A DNA stretch of 64,000 bases, taken from Desulfovibrio sp. (GTDB lineage: Bacteria > Desulfobacterota > Desulfovibrionia > Desulfovibrionales > Desulfovibrionaceae). The DNA is taken from assembly GCA_031269345.1 (NCBI GenBank), contig JAISZH010000031.1:370-64369 (forward strand), written 5' to 3'. The notes beneath the pieces are model-generated. The model worked only from the letters and a program-made list of their open reading frames with translations. It was not told the DNA's origin and made no database searches. The translations under genes and the position numbers were made by a program. This document shows, piece by piece, positions 45,072-54,475 of this stretch (position 1 is its first letter; each line of letters starts with the position of its first letter).

Positions 45072-46002
45072 ATGCGCTCCCGGTGCGGGTCACTCTCTGT
45101 CCCTCCCCATCATCTTTGCCGGCCTTGGGTCTTGCCTGTTCCTCGCCCATTTTGGAGTATGCCTCCAGAAAGTCAGCCGCGTTGACAGCTCCGGCGGCGA
45201 AAGATTTCATGGCTTCCTCGTGCAGGAGTTCCAATGCCTCGCGTTTGATGTCCAGGTATTCCGGCGAGCCCATAACGGAAAATTCGCGCGGCCTGGGCAG
45301 GTCTACGTCCATGATTTTTTTGACGCGGCACGGATGATTGGTCAGGATTACCAAGCGATCGGCCAGGAATATTCCTTCTTCCAGTTCCGAGGTAACAAAC
45401 AGGTTTGTACCGCGATGCTCTTCAAAGAGGCGCACATAGTATTCCTGCATAAGCGAACGGGTCATGGCGTCCAGTCCTCTGAAGGGCTCGTCCATAAGCA
45501 TGACCTTGGGATGATTGATCATAGCCCGTACCAATTCCGCTCTGCGCTGCATGCCTCCAGAGAGCTGGGAGGGATATTTGCCCGCGAAGTCTTCAAGTCC
45601 CACCATTTTCAGCAACTGCATGGTGGTATCGGCCAGTTCCCTTCCGGACAATTCCTTGCGCACCCTTGGACCGTAACTGACGTTTTCGAAAGTGGTCATC
45701 CAGGGGAAAAGGGCTGTTTCCTGAAACACCACCAGACGGTCCGGCCCCGGACCGGTGACGGGTTCGCCGTCCAAGGAAACGCGTCCGGAAGTCGGTTTTT
45801 CATAGCCCGCCAGCACGTTGATCAGCGTACTTTTGCCGCAGCCGGACGGACCCACCAGCACGGTAAGCCTGCCCTTTTCCAGCGTAAAGGAGCAATCTTT
45901 GAGGACTTCCTTGGTCAGAACGTCTGCGCCGTAAGTTTTACAGACATTTTCCATGCTCATTTCGCCGGCGCGCTGTCCGGGGGTGAGTGTCGTCTTCATC
46001 AT
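45058..46002 (-). CDS. ABC transporter ATP-binding protein, NitT/TauT (SsuB/TauB-like) family, copy 2
   Basis: Walker A GPSGCGKST, signature LSGGMQRR, Walker B VMLMDEPF. The start could be 46002 or 45960. Confidence 0.9.
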   Translation of the reverse strand: MMKTTLTPGQRAGEMSMENVCKTYGADVLTKEVLKDCSFTLEKGRLTVLVGPSGCGKSTLINVLAGYEKPTSGRVSLDGEPVTGPGPDRLVVFQETALFPWMTTFENVSYGPRVRKELSGRELADTTMQLLKMVGLEDFAGKYPSQLSGGMQRRAELVRAMINHPKVMLMDEPFRGLDAMTRSLMQEYYVRLFEEHRGTNLFVTSELEEGIFLADRLVILTNHPCRVKKIMDVDLPRPREFSVMGSPEYLDIKREALELLHEEAMKSFAAGAVNAADFLEAYSKMGEEQARPKAGKDDGEGQRVTRTGSAYENH

Positions 46003-46049
46003 GCGTTTATTCCGTAAAAGTACATTTTACCGATGTATGCTTCTGACGA

Positions 46050-46850
46050 TCAGCGGGTCTTCAGCCAGGGGGTGAAACGGCTGCCTACCAAACGGATCAG
46101 TGCCGATGAAAAATATCCGGCGATCCCGATGCTCATCATGCCAACTACTATAAGGGGAAATTCGCCTGCCACGTAACCGCGCCAAGTCAGATAGCCAAGG
46201 CCCGTCTTGCTGGCGACCATTTCGGCCGCCACCACCACGGCCCAGGTGATGCCCATGCCCACGGTCATGCCCACCACAACGCTGGGCAGGCTGGCGGGAA
46301 GCAGAACTCGCCAAAAAATGTCACTCCGGCTGGAACCGAGCGAGTGTGCCGCCCTGATGTAACGCACGTCAATACTGGTGATGCCTTCCACAATGTTCAG
46401 CACCACGGTAAAGAAAGCGCCCAGAAAGGTCACGAAGATCATGCTCATTTCCGCCGAAGGCCAGAAAATGACGGATACAGGAACCCAGGCCAGCGGCGGC
46501 ACCGGCCGCATGATCTCGAAAATCGGGAAAAGAACTTCCCTTGCCCGGTCGTTGGCGCCCAGAAAAAGTCCCAGCGGCACTCCAATGATCTGGGCGATGA
46601 TGAAGCCGGTGAAAATCCGGATCATGCTGTCCTTCCAAGAGAGCCAATAATAGGTATTATGGAGTTGGACGGCCAGGGTGGACACGACTTCCGAGGGAGC
46701 GGGCACATTGCCGATGATCGGCGCCTTCAGATACGTACACAATTCCCAGAGCAAGGTGAAGACCGTCAAAGAAAATATGCCGCGCCAGAAGGTCCGGGAA
46801 CGCGTCCTATTTTTTATTCCGGCAAGCGCCCGGGATATCCTGTCGTTCAC
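46050..46850 (-). CDS. ABC transporter permease, NitT/TauT (SsuC/TauC-like) family, copy 2
   Basis: BPD-type permease with the EAA-like loop IRAAHSLGSSRSDIFWRVLLP. The GTG at 46850 sits behind a GGAGAT RBS. The longer ORF would overlap the upstream ATPase gene. Confidence 0.85.
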   Translation of the reverse strand: MNDRISRALAGIKNRTRSRTFWRGIFSLTVFTLLWELCTYLKAPIIGNVPAPSEVVSTLAVQLHNTYYWLSWKDSMIRIFTGFIIAQIIGVPLGLFLGANDRAREVLFPIFEIMRPVPPLAWVPVSVIFWPSAEMSMIFVTFLGAFFTVVLNIVEGITSIDVRYIRAAHSLGSSRSDIFWRVLLPASLPSVVVGMTVGMGITWAVVVAAEMVASKTGLGYLTWRGYVAGEFPLIVVGMMSIGIAGYFSSALIRLVGSRFTPWLKTR

Positions 46851-46860
46851 TTTATATCTC

Positions 46861-47715
46861 CTACATTTCCCGCTCGCCGGCTTTGAAGGCTTTGACCGCT
46901 TCCTCGTGTACCGCCGCAATGCATTCGGTTCTAAGCCTCTGGTAGGCCGTAGACGCCAGGACGCGAAAATCACGCGGGCGGGGGATGTCAACGGAGAGCA
47001 CCTTTTTTATGGTGGCGGGTCTGGTGGTCATTATATAGACCTTGCTTCCGAGGAAAATTGCCTCGTCGAGATCGTGCGTGATGAAGAACACCGTTGTTTT
47101 GTTCCTGTCGTAAACGTCAAGCAAAAACTGATGCACCACGGTCTTTGTAAGCGCGTCCATGGCCCTGAAGGGCTCGTCGAGCAAAAGCACGCGCGGGTCG
47201 TTCATCATGGCCCTGGCGATTTCCACCCGGCGGCGCATGCCCGAGGAAATCTCGCTCGGATAGTTGTGGGCTATGCCTTTAAGACCCATCTGGCCCATCA
47301 TGTGCAAGGCCTTTTCTTCCGCATCTTTTTTGGATGCGGCCCCCTGCATCACCGGGCCGAAGGTTATGTTCTCAAGCACCGTGAACCAGGGAAAGAGCGC
47401 TCCGTTTTGAAAGACCACGATACGATCCGAGCCGGGCTTGGGCACCTGGGAACTGTTGCAGAGCAGTTCACCATCAAGATGAATTTCGCCCGCGCTGATG
47501 CCGTGGAATCCGGCAATGGCGTTAAGAAGCGTGGTTTTGCCGCAGCCTGAGGGGCCGACTATAACACAGAATTCGCCCGCCTCAATTTCCATGGAACAGT
47601 CGTCCACGGCAAGCACCCGCGCCCCGTCAGGGTCGTATATCTTGCTGACGGCGCGTATGCTTATGGCTCCACGGGGCGTTTTCCCCCCGCCGTTTTCAAC
47701 AGACACAGCGCTCAT
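46861..47715 (-). CDS. ABC transporter ATP-binding protein, NitT/TauT family, copy 1
   Basis: Walker A GPSGCGKTT, signature ISSGMRRR, Walker B VLLLDEPF. Confidence 0.9.
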   Translation of the reverse strand: MSAVSVENGGGKTPRGAISIRAVSKIYDPDGARVLAVDDCSMEIEAGEFCVIVGPSGCGKTTLLNAIAGFHGISAGEIHLDGELLCNSSQVPKPGSDRIVVFQNGALFPWFTVLENITFGPVMQGAASKKDAEEKALHMMGQMGLKGIAHNYPSEISSGMRRRVEIARAMMNDPRVLLLDEPFRAMDALTKTVVHQFLLDVYDRNKTTVFFITHDLDEAIFLGSKVYIMTTRPATIKKVLSVDIPRPRDFRVLASTAYQRLRTECIAAVHEEAVKAFKAGEREM

Positions 47716-48614
47716 TATGCGACCTCCCTAACCTTCCACTGCATGAGTTTGTCCCCGACCAGCCGGATAATGAGGCTGCTCAGAGAACCTATCACGCCCA
47801 GGGTGATCATGGCGATGATGATGACCGGATATTGCACCAGTGTGTAAGAGTTCCAGATAAGGTAGCCGAGGCCGAATTCCCCGGCCAGCATTTCGCCGGC
47901 CACGAGGGAAAACCATGCGTAGCCCATGCTTATTTGCAGACCTGTGAAGATGAAGGGAAGCGAGCCGGGGACGATGACCTTATAAAAAATTTGTTTCTCC
48001 GAGGCGCCAAGGGACGCAGCCGCCCTAAAATACGCCTCGTCTATGGATTCGACGCCCAGAAGCGTGTTTAAGACAGTAGCGAAGAAGGAGCCGAGGAAGG
48101 TCAGGAAAATGATGGAGGCCTCGCGCCCCGGCCACATGAGGATGGACAGCGGCACCCACGCGAGCATGGGGATGGGGCGCAGAACTTCAAGAAGGGGGAA
48201 AGTGTAATCCTTGAAGGTCGCTTTCCAGCCCATGAACAGCCCGATCGGAACTCCCAGAGCCGTAGCCAGCATAAAGGCCTGGAAAACACGCCAGGTACTT
48301 ATGCCGATGTGCTGGTAATATTCCATGGTGTAGAAGGAAATGCCGTAGAGCGGGTCGGCAGAGAGCCATTCGGTGAAAGTGGCTTTTGGACCGGGGAGTT
48401 TGTTGAAGAGCGGCAGGTTGAAAACCTCGGTTGTGACGTACCAGACCGCTACGAAACCGCATAGTCCGAGCAGGTTCAGGTAGGGCGAGGGGCTTCCAAG
48501 CCAGTGCTTCATCCTGGTCCAGGTCTGGGCGACTGAACTTAACTGTGTGCCGGGATTGTCCGGAGTCTCGAAGGGCACGCTGTTCTCCTTGCCGGATGAG
48601 TAGACGTCAGGCAT
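47715..48614 (-). CDS. ABC transporter permease, NitT/TauT family, copy 1
   Basis: BPD-type permease with the EAA-like loop FRAAASLGASEKQIFYKVIVP. Its stop overlaps the next gene's start by 1 nt. Confidence 0.88.
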   Translation of the reverse strand: MPDVYSSGKENSVPFETPDNPGTQLSSVAQTWTRMKHWLGSPSPYLNLLGLCGFVAVWYVTTEVFNLPLFNKLPGPKATFTEWLSADPLYGISFYTMEYYQHIGISTWRVFQAFMLATALGVPIGLFMGWKATFKDYTFPLLEVLRPIPMLAWVPLSILMWPGREASIIFLTFLGSFFATVLNTLLGVESIDEAYFRAAASLGASEKQIFYKVIVPGSLPFIFTGLQISMGYAWFSLVAGEMLAGEFGLGYLIWNSYTLVQYPVIIIAMITLGVIGSLSSLIIRLVGDKLMQWKVREVA

Positions 48615-48665
48615 GGGCGAGCCAGGATCATCCGCGCGGACGATCCTGGCTTTTATCTGGAACCG

Positions 48666-49784
48666 TTAATCGCTGAAGGGGCACTGCGCCGGGAGCATTC
48701 CCTTGATATAGCCGAGCGTGGCCTTTTCGTCCACCGGCGTGTAGCCGGCTTCCTTGAATATCGCGCGGGCCAGGCTGTCGTCCACCACCCAGTCTTTCAG
48801 GGCGGGAACGGCGATGACTTTTTCCTGGTGCAGGAAGGGAGCGACGGCTTTGATGTTGTCCAGTTCGCGTTTGTTGAAATAATATGATTTCCACTCACGC
48901 ACGGGATCAGCGCTGGTGGACGGCACCTTGCCGTAAATGGAGTACCAGAGCACGCGCTTGGAAATGCCGGAAGCGTGCTTTGCCACCATCTCCACCACCT
49001 GCTTCTGGTTGGCCGGATCGAGCAGGAAGCGCTGGGCTTCCAGTTCCGAACGGAGGTAGGCTTTGGCGGCATCCGGGTTGTCTTTGATGAAGTCGTTGCG
49101 CATGACCAGGATGCCGAGGTCCGGGTTGTCGCAGGCGCTTCCATCCGCCACGATGCGTACGCTGCCGTCGCCAACATCTGTTGCTATGCGCGAGACTGTG
49201 GGCTCCCAGGCGGAAGCCGCGTCAAGTTTGCCGCTGCGGAAGTTGGTGGCAATGACCTCAATGGATTGATTCAGATATTCTTTGGGTTTTACCTGATAGC
49301 GCTCGAAAAAACGGCGCAGGTACTGGTCGGAGGCGCTGCCTTTGGGTGCGGCTATGACCTTGTTGTTAAGCCATTTCGCGACATCCTCGTTGCTTTTGAA
49401 TTCGGGCGCGTCTTTACGCACCAGGACCAAAGAACAACGCGTGCCTTCGGACATGCCGAGCGAGGCCACCATTTTGATCTCCGCCTGTTGATCCTTGGAG
49501 CAGAGTATCGTCGCGGGCATCACGCTCATATAACCAGCGACCGCTTTGCCGGCGAGCATGTTGTTGGCCACGATAGTGCCTTGTAAGGCGGGCGCGAATT
49601 CAAATTCCACATCCTTGGGCGCGTATTTCTTCCAGAGACCGAGTTCAGCGTTGACGATCACCTGATAGGAAATCGTGTCGTAGGGCTGGTAGCCGATGGT
49701 GAAGGTGCGGGCGGCGTTGGCTCCTGTCGCCGCGCTCATGACGAAAATGAAAAGCGCGCAAAAAATGCTGCAAAAACCTTTCAT
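48666..49784 (-). CDS. Periplasmic substrate-binding protein, NMT1/SsuA/TauA-like
   Basis: The ATG at 49784 lies 8 nt behind GGAGG, followed by the signal peptide MKGFCSIFCALFIFVMSAATGANA and a TauA/SsuA-type fold (FTIGYQPYD.., AAPKGSASD.., AASAWEP). Confidence 0.85.
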   Translation of the reverse strand: MKGFCSIFCALFIFVMSAATGANAARTFTIGYQPYDTISYQVIVNAELGLWKKYAPKDVEFEFAPALQGTIVANNMLAGKAVAGYMSVMPATILCSKDQQAEIKMVASLGMSEGTRCSLVLVRKDAPEFKSNEDVAKWLNNKVIAAPKGSASDQYLRRFFERYQVKPKEYLNQSIEVIATNFRSGKLDAASAWEPTVSRIATDVGDGSVRIVADGSACDNPDLGILVMRNDFIKDNPDAAKAYLRSELEAQRFLLDPANQKQVVEMVAKHASGISKRVLWYSIYGKVPSTSADPVREWKSYYFNKRELDNIKAVAPFLHQEKVIAVPALKDWVVDDSLARAIFKEAGYTPVDEKATLGYIKGMLPAQCPFSD

Positions 49785-49936
49785 ACGATAACCTCCATAT
49801 GTTGTGGTGCCGGACATGGCAGAAAACGCTTTCGCGACGTCTCTATTTCCGCATTCGTCGTTCCGGTTGGGAAGGCCGGGTTGAGAACACTCCGCCTTTC
49901 TTATTACAAAATTTTGCTCGAAGTAAAATAATTTTT

Positions 49937-50100
49937 CCGGATAACCATATAAAAGTTGAAGATACGGACTTCCGCACGGAAATCTGAACGGCAGCCGCCA
50001 GACCGCTGCCGGCGCGAAGCGGCGCAAGTCGGCCGAAAATCGCGTTTTCGGCCGACGACCTCCGCAAGGAAAAGTTTACTTTTCAATACGGATATCAGTG
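49937..50100 (+). repeat. Repeat family D, copy D2
   Basis: See D1. Same orientation as D1. Confidence 0.85.
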
Positions 50101-50500
50101 ATTGTTGTGTTCGCCTCCGGGAAGATGAAAGGCCGGGTTTTGCCCGACGCCGTGCGCATCCAGATCAGAAGGGCCACTTAAACCCGACGAGCAAGTTGCA
50201 TACCAGCAGGAAAAAAACATGACCATGCCAAGCAGGAAACCGTGATGAGCGGGGCTTTGCAGGCACAGGCAGGACCGATGGACAGCTTCTTTCGCCGGAA
50301 GAGCCGGGGCATTGTACGGTGCATATTTGCATCATCAGGGCTACAAATTCTTAATGAAATTTTTTTACCCCGGGAATAACAAGCTTTTTAATGGTGTATT
50401 TTTGCATCAAATACCCACAGCGCGAAGGTTGCTGCCCCCCTCCCCCCAATGACTGCGGTCGCAATCGTTCCAAGGCTGGCACAGGGGCAAGTGAAAGGCA

Positions 50501-50673
50501 GGGGCTTCAGGCCCCTGCGTCCTGCGCTTGGGCGGAATTTGGATCCCGCCCAAGCTTCCGCCCGTACGGAGACCTCGCCCTTCAGGGTGGGGTCGGGCTA
50601 TCCGGCCTGAAGGCCGGGGTCCCAAACCGTAAAGGAAGCTCAGATGAAAAAGAAGGAAGCTCAGATGAAAAAG
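50501..50673 (+). repeat. Repeat family E, copy E2, ending in a 21-bp tandem duplication (AAGGAAGCTCAGATGAAAAAG x2 at 50632-50673)
   Basis: See E1. The tandem duplication was read base by base. Confidence 0.88.
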
Positions 50674-50687
50674 AACGAACGGCCTTT

Positions 50688-51167
50688 TCACCGCCGCTGT
50701 TCAACAGGCACACCAGTGGAGCACTTCCTGCACCTGCCCTGTATTTCAATACAGTTGTCGCGCAGGGACATACCCAGTTCGTCGAATCTGGCCCGCATGG
50801 ATTCGTATAGAACGGGGTCTTCCAGTTCTTCTACCCGTCGGCATTCCGAACAGACGAACATGAGCAGCGCATGTTCGTCATGACTGCCGGTACACGGCAC
50901 GAAGGCATTCAAAGAATTGATGCGGTGCGCCATTCCGTATCGCAGCAAAAAATCCAGTGTCCGGTAAATGGTCGCCGGGGTGAGCCGTTCTCCTTTGTCT
51001 CGCATCCGTTCAATAAGATCATAGGCCTTGACGGGACCGTCCGCCGACAAAAGGAGTTCAAGAATCCCCCGACGCAACCTGGTCAGTCGCAGGCCGTTCC
51101 TCGCGCAGATTTCTTCGGCTTCACGCAGGCTACGCACGGCGCTTTCGGAACATTCCTTCACTACCAT
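50688..51167 (-). CDS. zur: Fur-family metalloregulator, probable Zur
   Basis: Winged-helix N-domain (RLTRLRRGILELL..PVKAYDL..ATIYRTLDFL) and two CxxC pairs (CSECRRVEE.., GRCRKC). It overlaps the last gene of the zinc uptake operon by 7 nt. Confidence 0.75.
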   Translation of the reverse strand: MVVKECSESAVRSLREAEEICARNGLRLTRLRRGILELLLSADGPVKAYDLIERMRDKGERLTPATIYRTLDFLLRYGMAHRINSLNAFVPCTGSHDEHALLMFVCSECRRVEELEDPVLYESMRARFDELGMSLRDNCIEIQGRCRKCSTGVPVEQRR

Positions 51168-51718
51168 TGATATGGCTCCGCCTTATCTAGCGCCATGCTG
51201 TACCCGGAGGCTCCCATGCTCCCGGAGTCATGTCGTTCAACGGAAATAGTCCCATAAACCCATGCCGCGTCCATAGACCGCAACCCCTTGAGAGGCTTTT
51301 GCGTCTTTACATGGATGATCTGATTCGCGGGCGGCGGCGGCAAATGGATACAGGCGCCGAAGTACGGGACAAGCAGAAATTCTTTCAGTTCCGCATCGTT
51401 CTCCCAATCCAGCGGGGCGATGAAGCCGGATATTTTTATGCGCTGCCCGCTTATCTTTTCATTCGCGGGAGCTTTCGCCCACTCCTCCATAAAGGCTTCA
51501 TACGCCTTTTCCACACGCGGGTTGTAATCGTCCTCGGGAAGGCTGTCCAAATCAAGCCCCTCAAAGGCTTTTTCCGGATTCCACGATTCCGGCACGAGTT
51601 CATCCCATTGGACTTCTTTGTACGAGTCAGCCGTGGCGCTTTCCCCGACCAGGGACGTATTATGCAAAAAAACGCAGCACATGGCAAAGCACAGCGCCGG
51701 CTTGACATATGCTTTCAT
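51161..51718 (-). CDS. zrgD: DUF3299-type periplasmic protein (ZrgD-like)
   Basis: Signal peptide and the hallmark FLLVPYFGACIHLPPPPANQIIHV motif. The ATG at 51718 sits behind GGAGG. An alternative coupled start is at 51769. Confidence 0.75.
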   Translation of the reverse strand: MKAYVKPALCFAMCCVFLHNTSLVGESATADSYKEVQWDELVPESWNPEKAFEGLDLDSLPEDDYNPRVEKAYEAFMEEWAKAPANEKISGQRIKISGFIAPLDWENDAELKEFLLVPYFGACIHLPPPPANQIIHVKTQKPLKGLRSMDAAWVYGTISVERHDSGSMGASGYSMALDKAEPYQW

Positions 51719-51765
51719 GACGCCTCCGACAGAAAAATAACGAAACAGGGATGGAATATTTTTTT

Positions 51766-53037
51766 TCATATGGATACGGTGAGCCCGTCCGACAAACTCA
51801 TGCGATAGGCACGCAATGCCGGGAAAAGGCTGGCGGCAAGTCCGGCAAGGCAGATGCATCCCAAAAGAGCCCACTCGCCAGCCGCCGGAGGCGAAAGGTA
51901 GACGAATATCCCGTAGTTGTCGGCCAAAATCGGGCTGATGGCCGCCACCAGCACAAACAAGGCCGAAAGGCCGCAGATGACGCCCGAAATGACAATCAGG
52001 CCCCCTTCGCAGGCCGTCAGTATCAGAATGTCCAGCGGACGCGCGCCGGCGGATCGCAAAATCGCCAGCTCCCGCCTCCGCTCGCCCAAGCCCGCGAGTA
52101 TGGCTGCGGCCAGTCCGGCCAGACCCGTCGCCGTGACCAGGGCGGAAATCAGCAGCAGCGCCTGTTCTCCGGTATTGACCATGCTCCACATCTGGTCCAT
52201 GACAACGCCGGGCATGACGCCCATAAGCGGTTCGGACTTCCATTCATTGACCTCGCGCTGGAAAGCGAAAACATGGCTGCGTTTTTTCAGGCCGACCAGC
52301 ATTGCCGTGATGGTTCTCGGCTCAAGGTTGAACCTCGTCACCTGTTCGGCAGTGATGCGCAGACCAGGGATTGGGGCGCCGCCCCGCCAGTCGACGTGGA
52401 TCGCTTCCATGGCGGCAAGGCCGATATACAGCGAACGGTCGACCGGGGTGCCAGTTGACGCGAGGATGCCGGAAACAGTGAAGGGTTTGTCGGTATGTTC
52501 TACAAGACGCGCCCCGCTGCCCCCATGGCTCAACGCTATTTTCTGCCTCGGGGAATAGCCGAGTTTCCTGGCGGTTTCAGCGCCTATAACCACGTCAAAA
52601 AGCGTCTCGATCCATTTACCTTCCGCCAGTTCCAGCCGCTTGTCACTCCGGAAGCGGTAGTGTTCAAAAAAAGCGCCGGTTGTCGCCACAACGGGATAAC
52701 CTTTGTGGGAATCCCCCAAGGAAATCGGAATGGTCCAGGCGACCTCGTCTTTTTCGGCGATTTTCCGGGCGCTGTCCCACCCCATATTGTTTGTCGCGCC
52801 GCCAAGATGAAAAACGGCGTACAACATAAGCTGCATACTGCCGCCCCGGGCGCCGACGATCAGATCGGTCCCGGAGACGGACTGCACAAAACTCTCCCTG
52901 ATTTGCGTCCGGAGCTTTTCGATGCCCAGCAGCAGCGTAGTCGAAAGAGCGATGGAAAACACGATAATGCCCAGTGTGCCCCGGCGGTTCCAGGCGCTTT
53001 TTCCGGCAAGGCGCAACAGGTAGGAAAACCGCCTCAT
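51766..53037 (-). CDS. zrgC: FtsX-family ABC transporter permease (ZrgC-like)
   Basis: MacB/FtsX topology: an N-terminal TM helix, a large periplasmic domain and a C-terminal FtsX 3-TM bundle. Confidence 0.82.
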   Translation of the reverse strand: MRRFSYLLRLAGKSAWNRRGTLGIIVFSIALSTTLLLGIEKLRTQIRESFVQSVSGTDLIVGARGGSMQLMLYAVFHLGGATNNMGWDSARKIAEKDEVAWTIPISLGDSHKGYPVVATTGAFFEHYRFRSDKRLELAEGKWIETLFDVVIGAETARKLGYSPRQKIALSHGGSGARLVEHTDKPFTVSGILASTGTPVDRSLYIGLAAMEAIHVDWRGGAPIPGLRITAEQVTRFNLEPRTITAMLVGLKKRSHVFAFQREVNEWKSEPLMGVMPGVVMDQMWSMVNTGEQALLLISALVTATGLAGLAAAILAGLGERRRELAILRSAGARPLDILILTACEGGLIVISGVICGLSALFVLVAAISPILADNYGIFVYLSPPAAGEWALLGCICLAGLAASLFPALRAYRMSLSDGLTVSI

Positions 53038-53915
53038 GATGCCTCCTCCCCGCCTGCCCGGTTCAATTCCGGCAAATGCGCCACAACCGAAAAGTCTTCC
53101 GCAAGGCTCTGATCATGGCTGACAAAAAGCAGGGCGGCTTGCGTCGAACGGCATTCTCCAAGCAGAAGTCGCAGAAAGACTTTGCGCCTGTCGGCATCAA
53201 GAGAGGAAGTAGGCTCGTCCGCGATGAGTATGGAGGGTCTTCCCACCAGGGCGCGGGCGGCGGCGACCCGTTGTTGCTGCCCGACAGAAAGCCGGTTGAC
53301 CGGCCTGCCCCATAGCGATGGGGACAGGTCCAGACGTTCCAGCAACATTCTCGCTTCAGCAGCCGCGCTTCCAGACAGAGCGCGGGCACGTTCAAGGCGT
53401 AAGGGAGAAAAGCGGCATGGCAGAAGAACATTCTCCAGAATGGACAGGTAGGGGATCAAATTGAATTGCTGGAAAATAAAACCGATGCAATCTCCTCTGA
53501 ACATGTCGCGCTTCGCGCTGCCGAGCTCGTTCAGGCACACGCCGTTGACAAAAACCGTACCGGAGGCGGGCGAAAAAATTCCCGCGACAAGCCCGAGCAA
53601 GGTGCTTTTCCCGCTGCCGCTCGGGCCGGAAATGAAAACGTGCTCGCCGGGAGATACGGAAAAGATGGGAATGTCCAGCGTGGGCCGCTGTTGCCCCGGC
53701 CACTTGAAGACCACGTTTTTCAAAAAAACGGCGAAAGCGGCTGGATTTTCTCCCGTCTCTCCGCCGGAGCATCCCACGCTTGAAATGCCCTGCGGGGATT
53801 TGCCTGCGGAACCTTGCCGCCGAATGGCCGCAGGCGAGTTTTGCTCGCCGCGAGGACTATTTGAAGCGTTAATTGCCTGAGGAGCCTTGAAACCGCACAA
53901 CCCCACGGCTACCAC
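53034..53915 (-). CDS. zrgB: ABC transporter ATP-binding protein (ZrgB-like); start codon uncertain
   Basis: Walker A GPSGSGKST, signature LSVGQQQR, Walker B ILIADEPTS. Candidate GTG starts are at 53915, 53906 and 53777. The longer ORF to 54056 overlaps the upstream gene. Confidence 0.8.
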   Translation of the reverse strand: MVAVGLCGFKAPQAINASNSPRGEQNSPAAIRRQGSAGKSPQGISSVGCSGGETGENPAAFAVFLKNVVFKWPGQQRPTLDIPIFSVSPGEHVFISGPSGSGKSTLLGLVAGIFSPASGTVFVNGVCLNELGSAKRDMFRGDCIGFIFQQFNLIPYLSILENVLLPCRFSPLRLERARALSGSAAAEARMLLERLDLSPSLWGRPVNRLSVGQQQRVAAARALVGRPSILIADEPTSSLDADRRKVFLRLLLGECRSTQAALLFVSHDQSLAEDFSVVAHLPELNRAGGEEAS

Positions 53916-54475
53916 CGGATTACGCTGGCCTCGGGGCTGAGTTCCGCCGCGTTCTGCCCTTTGGGGGTGACCATCTGAACTTCCATCCGGCGCAGATTCG
54001 GGAAAACGCTGAACATGTTCACAGTGACGCTGTTCAATTTTTCCTGGTTGAGGCATATGAACGATATCTCCGCGTCAAGGTCTCCGTGGTCTTCATGGGA
54101 TTTCCCGCCATGATCGTGCGCCTCGCGTTGCCGTGAACCTTCCGGCGCGAGCAGGGACTGCCCGAGGACTTCCGAATCCAGGGACACCTTCTCCGGCCGG
54201 CATCGGGCTTCAGCGGGGAAAACGAACAGGGCTCCGGCGTTGCGCATTAGCGCGGCCATATTGCGGACTTCCTGCCTTTGCGCGTCAGTTTCCGGTTTGT
54301 GCTCGAAAGAAAGGAAATTGTCGAGCGCACCTGTTATCTCTATTTCCACTTTTTTTTCTTCCACAACCATATTCATATGGGCAAGGCCGTGCTCATGGGC
54401 TTCATGGGCTGAAGCAAAACTGTCAAGGCCCCAAAAGATTCCAATTACCGCGCAAAGCACCAGAATTTTTTTCAT
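53909..54475 (-). CDS. zrgA: DUF2796-type His-rich periplasmic metal-binding protein (ZrgA-like)
   Basis: Signal peptide, AHEAHEHGLAHMN.. and HDHGGKSHEDHGD His clusters, and a FEHKP motif. First gene of the operon. Confidence 0.75.
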   Translation of the reverse strand: MKKILVLCAVIGIFWGLDSFASAHEAHEHGLAHMNMVVEEKKVEIEITGALDNFLSFEHKPETDAQRQEVRNMAALMRNAGALFVFPAEARCRPEKVSLDSEVLGQSLLAPEGSRQREAHDHGGKSHEDHGDLDAEISFICLNQEKLNSVTVNMFSVFPNLRRMEVQMVTPKGQNAAELSPEASVIRW

